Sequence record: SRR31156797_1336
Length of the DNA: 58,264 nt
Reading direction: 5' to 3' (one strand)
Below, in pieces: positions 51,576-58,264 of this stretch; within the stretch, counting starts at the first letter, position 1; every line of letters begins with the position of its first letter. Made by a program: the position numbers and the translations under genes. The notes below the pieces were generated by a model that was not told the DNA's origin, searched no databases, and saw only the letters and a list, made by a program, of their open reading frames with translations.

Positions 51576-51808
51576 GAAGTATTTTTTAGTAATACGGATT
51601 TTGTATCTAATTATCACATTGAATTTATAAAGTAATCCGTTTACAATAGGATACATAAAAATATAATGTAAATTTTATGTTTGCAGTTAAATTTAACATT
51701 GATTAAGCAATATATTTGTGTTATTATCTATCACTATATATATTTAGACAGCATATTTAATTTCAACTCACAATTCACATAACAACAATAAATAAAAAAG
51801 GGGGACAG

Positions 51809-53578
51809 ATGAATAATAATAGAAGATTAATAAAACGATTTATCAGCTACTACAAACCATATAGAGTGCTTTTTGTAATCGACCTAGTGGTTGCATTTGC
51901 CATGAGTGCTATTGAGCTGGTTTATCCGAGAATCACTACAAAAATAATCGACCAACTAATTCCCAACATGATGATTAACGATATAGTAAAAAGCGTTATT
52001 GTGCTTTTAGTGCTGTACATATTTGCGGCAGGGTGTGCTTATTACATGCACTATATGGGGCACAAAATCGGCGTAATGATGGAAGCTGATATGAGAAACG
52101 ATTTGTTTAGACATATGCAGAAACTTCCATTCAAATTCTATGACAATCGCAGAACAGGCAAGCTGATGAGTCGTGTGGTAAATGACCTTAATGATGTCTC
52201 TGAGCTGGCGCACCACGGACCAGAGGATCTATTTATTTCAATTGTCATGTTTATTGGTTCATTTATTGTCCTTTTTAAGCAGGAACCAAGGCTGGCGCTT
52301 CCAATATATCTAATTATCATTCCGTTAATTATAGTATTTACAATCAAGACCAGAAGGAATATATCGAAATCTTTTAAGGAAGTAAGGGAAAAGACAGCGG
52401 ATATAAATGCACAATTGGAGAATTCTATTTCTGGTATTCGTGTGGCTAAATCCTATGCTAATGAAGAGCATGAGATGAAGAAATTCCGCAGTGGCAACAA
52501 TGCCTTTCGCAATTCCAAAACTGGAGCATTCAAGGCACTCGCCAACTTTGCAACAGGTATGGGGTTCTTTATTAATCTACTGAATGTACTGGTTTTAGGA
52601 TTTGGCGGCTTTTTTGCCTACAAAGGCATTATTACGATTGGTGAACTGGCAGGATTTCTACTGTACATGACGCTGATGACCCAGCCAATCAGGAGACTAA
52701 CCAACTTCACTCAGCAGTATGAGCAGGGGCTGACAGGCTTCGTCAGATTTGACGAGATAATGAACTTCGATCCTGAAGATGATAAGGGAACAATCAAGCT
52801 GGAAAAAGCAAAAGGCGAAATTCAGTTCGACGACGTAACATTTCACTATAATGATGATGAGATAGTGCTGGATAATATATCGCTGGATATTAAGTCCGCA
52901 ACTACTGTGGCGCTGGTTGGACCATCTGGCGGCGGCAAGACTACGCTCTGCCATCTGATACCAAATTTTTACGAAATTCAAGGCGGTGAAATCCGCATCG
53001 ACGGGAAAAATATAAAGGATTACACACAGAAATCATTGAGACAGAATATAGGCTTGGTCCAGCAGGACGTATTCCTGTTTACTGGCTCTATCAGAGATAA
53101 TATCCGATACGGTAAGCCGGACGCAACAAATGAAGAGATACAAAAAGCGGCCTATAGCGCAAATATTCACGAGTTCATTGAGTCACTGCCTGATGGATAT
53201 GAGACATACATTGGTGAAAAGGGAATTCGCTTATCCGGTGGACAGAAGCAGAGAATATCTATTGCCAGAGCTTTCCTAAAGAATCCACCTATTTTGATAT
53301 TGGATGAGGCAACATCTGCCCTTGACAATGAGACAGAGCAGGCAATCCAGCGTTCATTGGAGGAGCTGCTGCAGGGCAGAACTACAATAGTTATAGCCCA
53401 CAGACTATCTACTATCCGCAATGCTGACGAGATAGTCGTGCTGACAGCTGAGGGGATAAAGGAAAAGGGTAGCCATGAGAAGCTGTATGCAATGGATGGT
53501 GGTATATACAAAAGGCTCTATGATGCTCAGTTTACACTGGAGGAAAGCACTGCTATACAGAATGATTTGAATGGGTAG
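51809..53578 (+). CDS. ABC exporter, fused permease/ATPase
   Basis: TM domain, GPSGGGKTT, LSGGQKQR, ILDEATSALD, IAHRLST. Confidence 0.94.
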   Translation: MNNNRRLIKRFISYYKPYRVLFVIDLVVAFAMSAIELVYPRITTKIIDQLIPNMMINDIVKSVIVLLVLYIFAAGCAYYMHYMGHKIGVMMEADMRNDLFRHMQKLPFKFYDNRRTGKLMSRVVNDLNDVSELAHHGPEDLFISIVMFIGSFIVLFKQEPRLALPIYLIIIPLIIVFTIKTRRNISKSFKEVREKTADINAQLENSISGIRVAKSYANEEHEMKKFRSGNNAFRNSKTGAFKALANFATGMGFFINLLNVLVLGFGGFFAYKGIITIGELAGFLLYMTLMTQPIRRLTNFTQQYEQGLTGFVRFDEIMNFDPEDDKGTIKLEKAKGEIQFDDVTFHYNDDEIVLDNISLDIKSATTVALVGPSGGGKTTLCHLIPNFYEIQGGEIRIDGKNIKDYTQKSLRQNIGLVQQDVFLFTGSIRDNIRYGKPDATNEEIQKAAYSANIHEFIESLPDGYETYIGEKGIRLSGGQKQRISIARAFLKNPPILILDEATSALDNETEQAIQRSLEELLQGRTTIVIAHRLSTIRNADEIVVLTAEGIKEKGSHEKLYAMDGGIYKRLYDAQFTLEESTAIQNDLNG

Positions 53579-53629
53579 TAGGGTGTTCCACTTAAGGGAT
53601 GCAATTCCTTAAAAAATGCTAATAGTGAC

Positions 53630-53660
53630 ACCGCTGTAGAAATATGGCGGTTTTTATTAT
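53630..53660 (+). terminator. Rho-independent terminator
   Basis: ACCGCTGTA-GAAA-TATGGCGGT then TTTTATT. Confidence 0.7.
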
Positions 53661-53723
53661 GCCGTTGCATGTAGTAAATGTTTGGTGTAGTATTATACTA
53701 GAAATAGAAAATGAGGAAGAAGT

Positions 53724-54554
53724 ATGCAAAAAACGGTCACTTATTTATATCCAGATGTAAACAAGGCATCAAGCTTAAAAGTTTTTCAAGATACATCAAA
53801 TCAAATTATGGGAATATATTTTACCAGAGAGAATATTCGAGATGTGGAAGTATTGGAAAATTGTAAAAATTATTCTGTATATTTTCTGTTCGATGACAGC
53901 GAAGAAGATGAGAGCAGAGTATATGTCGGACAATCTATTAATGGAATAGAGAGAGTTAAAAATCACATTATAAATAAGGAATTCTGGTCTTATTGCATTA
54001 TGTTTGTTACAGATAATAATAGATTTGACAGACTTATTATTGATTATTTGGAATATGAATTTATAAACAAATGCAAGAAAAGCAGCTATATTTTATCAAA
54101 TAAAAACTTAAGATATAATGAGCCAAATTGTTCTGTGTTTGAAAAAGCAAATATAATGTCGTATATTGAACAGATTGAATTTTTACTAAGTACTGCTGGG
54201 ATTGTACTAAAAGAGAACAACTCGATGGATATGAATATAAAATTTTATCAAGCAAAGGGTAAATATCAAGGGAAACTATACGTAAGGGATGGCAAGTTTA
54301 TATTATGTGCAGGTAGTAATATTGTAAGACCTATTGAGTCCACAAAGGATTATAAAGGGAATTTGTATGAAAGCGTAAACTCGATAATAAATAACTATTT
54401 GAAAGATGAAAAGGTAAAAGAAATTGAAGGTAAAATATATACTACAGTCGATTTGTCGTTTAAAAGTCCTACGAGACCAGCTGTATTAATTTGTGGATAT
54501 AGTGTTAATGGTTGGACATTTTTCGATGGGCTTAATGAACTAAGGGGAATATAG
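53724..54554 (+). CDS. GIY-YIG nuclease family protein with DUF4357-like C-terminus
   Basis: SVYFL...VYVGQS...ERVKNH...KEFW, YLE..FI, FKSPT.....G.SVNGW. Confidence 0.8.
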   Translation: MQKTVTYLYPDVNKASSLKVFQDTSNQIMGIYFTRENIRDVEVLENCKNYSVYFLFDDSEEDESRVYVGQSINGIERVKNHIINKEFWSYCIMFVTDNNRFDRLIIDYLEYEFINKCKKSSYILSNKNLRYNEPNCSVFEKANIMSYIEQIEFLLSTAGIVLKENNSMDMNIKFYQAKGKYQGKLYVRDGKFILCAGSNIVRPIESTKDYKGNLYESVNSIINNYLKDEKVKEIEGKIYTTVDLSFKSPTRPAVLICGYSVNGWTFFDGLNELRGI

Positions 54555-54576
54555 AACAGTATTTTGAGGTGATTAT

Positions 54577-55188
54577 ATGAAAAAGATACCGTGGCTCGAG
54601 ATTACGCTGGGGGCTGTTGTCAGCTTTTGGTTTACTATAATTATTGTAAAGGCATTTGGTTTTTTTGGGTCTGTGCTAGGCAAACTAACGGTGGATAATT
54701 GTATTAATCTCATAGGTATAGTGGTTACTCTAGGAGCAATATTTGCTGTTTACCAGAGTACAAGACAGCAGATTGCAAATCAAAATAAACAAAGCCATAG
54801 ACCATATATTATTTTTGAAAGAATGGATTATAAAGAAGATGCTGCTAATTATGGCTATGCTGATGGACAAGCTATATTTTCATGTGTAAATGCAGGATAC
54901 GGGGTGTGTGTAAACATTAAAGTATGGCACGATGGTGAATTTAAGCTATACGAAGATGTAAAGGTAGACGGTGTATTTAATATTTATATTAATGAGGAGA
55001 TACATAAGGACAATATAGCTATTATATTTTACAGTGATTTATATGGGAATATATACTCTAGCTTGCTCAAATACAGTAAACCAAAGGCAAGGATATATCA
55101 GGCGAATACAGATGAGTATAATAGATATACTGAGACAGTAGAGTATAATAAGATATTAGAAGTATATAAAAAGGAAACTGGAATATAA
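54577..55188 (+). CDS. Hypothetical protein with two N-terminal TM helices
   Basis: RBS GAGGTGA; two hydrophobic helices then RPYI..N.G.G..Y.DLYGN.Y domain. Confidence 0.7.
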   Translation: MKKIPWLEITLGAVVSFWFTIIIVKAFGFFGSVLGKLTVDNCINLIGIVVTLGAIFAVYQSTRQQIANQNKQSHRPYIIFERMDYKEDAANYGYADGQAIFSCVNAGYGVCVNIKVWHDGEFKLYEDVKVDGVFNIYINEEIHKDNIAIIFYSDLYGNIYSSLLKYSKPKARIYQANTDEYNRYTETVEYNKILEVYKKETGI

Positions 55189-55266
55189 TTTAATGATTGA
55201 ATATTGCGAAATATGGTCGTAGGTAAATTTGTTTCCTACGGTTTTTTCGACAAAAAACCAAACCCA

Positions 55267-55295
55267 TTGCAAAAACCCTCTTGTATTGCTATAAT
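55267..55295 (+). promoter_or_regulatory. Sigma-A promoter of the phosphoesterase operon
   Basis: TTGCAA-N17-TATAAT with TG extension; TTCGACA (reverse 0A box) at 55246-55252. Confidence 0.6.
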
Positions 55296-55383
55296 ATCAG
55301 AATTGTACAGACTGCAATATTATTGTTAGTCAGTAGCAGTTTATGTGTATAGTATAATTAAGAAGGATAAGTATTTAAAGAAG

Positions 55384-55998
55384 ATGAAAATATTAGCAGT
55401 AGCCGATAACGAAGATAAGTTTATCTGGGATTTTTTTGACCCAGAAAGGTTTAAAGATATAGATTTAATAGTCTCCTGCGGAGATTTAAAGAGCGAGTAT
55501 CTGGAGTTTCTGGTCACAATGATACCTGTGCCATTAATATATGTTCACGGAAATCATGATACCAGCTATATAAAGAAAAAACCATTGGGCTGTGTAAATA
55601 TCGAAGATGATATTTATGTAGATAAAAAAAGTGGTCTGAGATTTCTGGGATTAGGCGGAAGTATACGCTATCGTCCGGAAGTTATGCATCAGTATACTGA
55701 GCAGGAGATGCAGAAGCGTATCTGGAAAATAAAGAGGAAAATACGTAGGTTTAAAGGATTTGATATTCTTGTTTCCCATTCTCCTGCATATCATATTGGT
55801 GATGGTGAGGATAGTGCTCATAAGGGATTTGAATGCTTTATAAAACTGATGGATACATATAAACCTAAGTATCTTCTGCACGGACATCAGCATGCTGCAT
55901 ATAATAGGAAGATGCAAAAAAAGCATGAATATAATTCAACAACAATAATAAATGTAGGTTCATATACAATAATAGATGTAGACTTGGATGGTAAATAA
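55384..55998 (+). CDS. Calcineurin-like metallophosphoesterase
   Basis: ILAVAD, SCGDL, VHGNHD, VSHSP, LHGHQH. Confidence 0.9.
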   Translation: MKILAVADNEDKFIWDFFDPERFKDIDLIVSCGDLKSEYLEFLVTMIPVPLIYVHGNHDTSYIKKKPLGCVNIEDDIYVDKKSGLRFLGLGGSIRYRPEVMHQYTEQEMQKRIWKIKRKIRRFKGFDILVSHSPAYHIGDGEDSAHKGFECFIKLMDTYKPKYLLHGHQHAAYNRKMQKKHEYNSTTIINVGSYTIIDVDLDGK

Positions 55999-56022
55999 CA
56001 TGAATCTTTTGGGAGGTAAATT

Positions 56023-57945
56023 ATGTATACAGGCGGTGAGAGAGGATATTTAAAGGCTCTTAAAATCGGTAGGGATGAGGTTAGTAAACTGGAGAAACAG
56101 GACAGATATCCTTATCTTCACGACTTGGATACCGTAAAGAGAAATACAAAAATAATAAGTCAATCAAACCTCGGCTTAATAGATGTACCCCTTAGGCAGA
56201 TACATGGAACATATACAAAGATGAGAGGTAATTCCTTCTCAAGGTCATTTTATCCTCTTCTGGGAGCAGGTACGGAATTTGCTCAAAAATGGGATAATGT
56301 ATACAATATTCAGCAGTCCGAAGGGCTTCGGGACGCTATAAAAGCATACGAGTATATGAACCGGATTTATGTTATTGAGGGTAATAAAAGAGTAAGCGTA
56401 CTGAAATACTGTGGTGTTTTTTCATTCCCTGCAAACGTAACCAGGCTTTTGCCTAGAAAAGATCCAGATGATATTAAGTCGCTGGTGTATTATTCCTGCC
56501 TTGAATTCTACAAACTGGCTGGTTATAACGCAGTATGGTTCTCTCGTCCAGATAAATATGATAAACTTGTAAATATAATAGACAATAACAAGGATAAATT
56601 CATTGTTGAAAATCCATACAAATATGTTGCAGTAAACCTGTATGAAAAATTCAGGGAACTGTACAAAGCATATGGCGGTGCAGAGCTTCCTATTACAACG
56701 GCTGATGCATTCCTGTACTTTATTACAATCAATGGATTTGATGAATCTACTCATACTGAAATGTATAAGACTATGGTTCAAAGATATATACATACTCTGG
56801 CAGGTGTACAGGAGAGTAATATTGACGAATACGTCAGAATCGATTCCAAGGTAACGAATACTTATACTACTACTATACCCAGAATTACAAACGCAAAGGT
56901 TGCCTTTGTCTATCCTGATGATGCTACTCAGGGGTGGAGCCATGACCATAAAAAGGCGGAGGAATTTATTGCGGCAAAGTATGCCAATAGGATAAACGTT
57001 ACCAGCTATACGAATATTTCAAAGAGAACAAAGGACTTTGATGCATTTAATAAAATCGTTGAGGAAAATGATGCAATATTTGTAACATCGCCAATCTACT
57101 ACAAGAGTATTCTGCGCTCGTCGCTAATGACAAAGAATAAATCACTGTTTATGTGTTCAACATTCTCTAGATTTGAATATGTGGAAACTTACTACGGCAG
57201 ATGTTATGAGCAGGCGTTTGTTATGGGAGCTGTGGCAGCTGCACTATCCAGCAGACAGTATCTGATGTTTATTGCTGCACAGATAGTACCCTCAGTACTT
57301 ATGAGTCTAAATGCATTTGCGTTGGGAGCAAAGCTGGTTAATCCACATGCTAAGGTGAAATTAATAGCAAGAGAAAAGCCAAATCAGGACTTTGATGAAT
57401 TTGATGAAATTGTTCAGCATGAACTGACACATAATGACTGTGATACATGCTATAATGCATCATTTCTGATGAAATGCAGTCCACAGTTCTGCGGCAAGGG
57501 ACTATACAAAGTAATAAGAACCGGCTGGGAAAGGGTAGCGTATCCTGTATGGAAGTGGGATGAATTCTACGATATTATCGTGGATGATATATTGTCTAAT
57601 AGATTTAGAGCACTAAATACTATTCTGCCTAAGAAAAACCAAAGGATAAACTACTGGTGGGGATTTCATTCTGGAATGCTGGATATAGAAACAACCCCGT
57701 TTTTGCCAAAGGATACTGTGAAGCTGGCTAAATTTATGAAAAACTCTATAGCTACAAAGGCTATACATCCCTTTGAAGGTCCAATCATTGACACTGATGA
57801 AAACACCAGAATAGATGAAGAGGATATATCCAGACTCTCTGATATTATTGGAATGGACTGGGTAGTAAAGGGTATTACATCCAATATCAGCCTTAAAACA
57901 TTAAAAAAACATATAGACAGATACAATGGAGGAATCCATAGTTAG
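56023..57945 (+). CDS. ParB/Srx-like domain fused to BMP (PnrA-like) ligand-binding domain
   Basis: N-terminal VPLRQIHG...YVIEGNKRVSV; C-terminal VAFVY...GWSHDH, GRCYE.AFVMG, NAFALGAKLVNP.AKV, W.W, PFEGPI; no signal peptide. Confidence 0.8.
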   Translation: MYTGGERGYLKALKIGRDEVSKLEKQDRYPYLHDLDTVKRNTKIISQSNLGLIDVPLRQIHGTYTKMRGNSFSRSFYPLLGAGTEFAQKWDNVYNIQQSEGLRDAIKAYEYMNRIYVIEGNKRVSVLKYCGVFSFPANVTRLLPRKDPDDIKSLVYYSCLEFYKLAGYNAVWFSRPDKYDKLVNIIDNNKDKFIVENPYKYVAVNLYEKFRELYKAYGGAELPITTADAFLYFITINGFDESTHTEMYKTMVQRYIHTLAGVQESNIDEYVRIDSKVTNTYTTTIPRITNAKVAFVYPDDATQGWSHDHKKAEEFIAAKYANRINVTSYTNISKRTKDFDAFNKIVEENDAIFVTSPIYYKSILRSSLMTKNKSLFMCSTFSRFEYVETYYGRCYEQAFVMGAVAAALSSRQYLMFIAAQIVPSVLMSLNAFALGAKLVNPHAKVKLIAREKPNQDFDEFDEIVQHELTHNDCDTCYNASFLMKCSPQFCGKGLYKVIRTGWERVAYPVWKWDEFYDIIVDDILSNRFRALNTILPKKNQRINYWWGFHSGMLDIETTPFLPKDTVKLAKFMKNSIATKAIHPFEGPIIDTDENTRIDEEDISRLSDIIGMDWVVKGITSNISLKTLKKHIDRYNGGIHS

Positions 57946-57953
57946 GAGTGAAT

Positions 57954-58264
57954 ATGGCATATTGTCCGAAGTGTTTTGCAGAGTACAGGGATGGTTTCAC
58001 AAAATGTGCTGACTGCGATGTGGAGTTAAAGGAAGGGCAGCCAAGTGCTGAGGAGATAGCACAAGCCAAAAAAGATGAATACGATATTGAGCTGGAGAAA
58101 TTAGTCAGGGTTAATAATGATATCGAATTAAGCTATATTACTTCTATGCTGGAATCAGAAGGCATTGCTTATCGTACATCAGGCGGTAAATCAGAAGATA
58201 TTTATGACTTTTCCTATGGTAAAATTACACCTATGCGGGAGATATTCGTTGATAAGAGTAAGAT
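57954..58264 (+). CDS. Zinc-ribbon / DUF2007-like putative signalling protein (runs off the window)
   Basis: RBS AGGAG; MAYCPKCFAEYRDGFTKCADCDVEL...SMLESEGIAY...EIFV. Confidence 0.8.
   Translation, partial: MAYCPKCFAEYRDGFTKCADCDVELKEGQPSAEEIAQAKKDEYDIELEKLVRVNNDIELSYITSMLESEGIAYRTSGGKSEDIYDFSYGKITPMREIFVDKSK

Noticed and set aside
53575-53635. Resemblance to a fluoride riboswitch (GGTGTTC...GCTAAT..TGACACC)
   Set aside because: The conserved GAU before GGUGUUC and the CUAC tail are missing, and no fluoride-related gene follows; needs a covariance-model search.
2213-57926. Many short ORFs antisense to or nested in long genes in the ORF track
   Set aside because: Shadow frames of well-supported genes without RBS or recognisable motifs.

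Overview
A low-GC chromosomal window from a spore-forming, anaerobic Firmicute (Clostridia-like; inferred from SASP, YlmC, DUF1540, sortase-anchored and [FeFe]-hydrogenase genes). 1-24 kb is mostly core: PIN/TRAM protein, clostripain-like C11 protease, sortase-anchored surface protein, SAM methyltransferase, fhs, S41 protease, L,D-transpeptidase, and a hydCBA NADH-linked [FeFe]-hydrogenase operon with Rex-like boxes. 24.7-35.7 kb holds three paralogous BlaI + BlaR1-like (M56) sensor cassettes with non-penicillin-binding ectodomains and their own operator motif. At 36.7 kb there is a candidate small RNA with Spo0A boxes. Downstream of rlmD lies an accessory stretch with GNATs, nitroreductase, a YqeK-Nudix fusion, a collapsed selD-mnmH relic, a YtrA-type ABC operon and a GIY-YIG nuclease. 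The window ends with a metallophosphoesterase / ParB-like-BMP fusion operon. I saw no rRNA, tRNA, CRISPR array, integrase or transposase. All family calls are from motif recognition by eye, not database searches.
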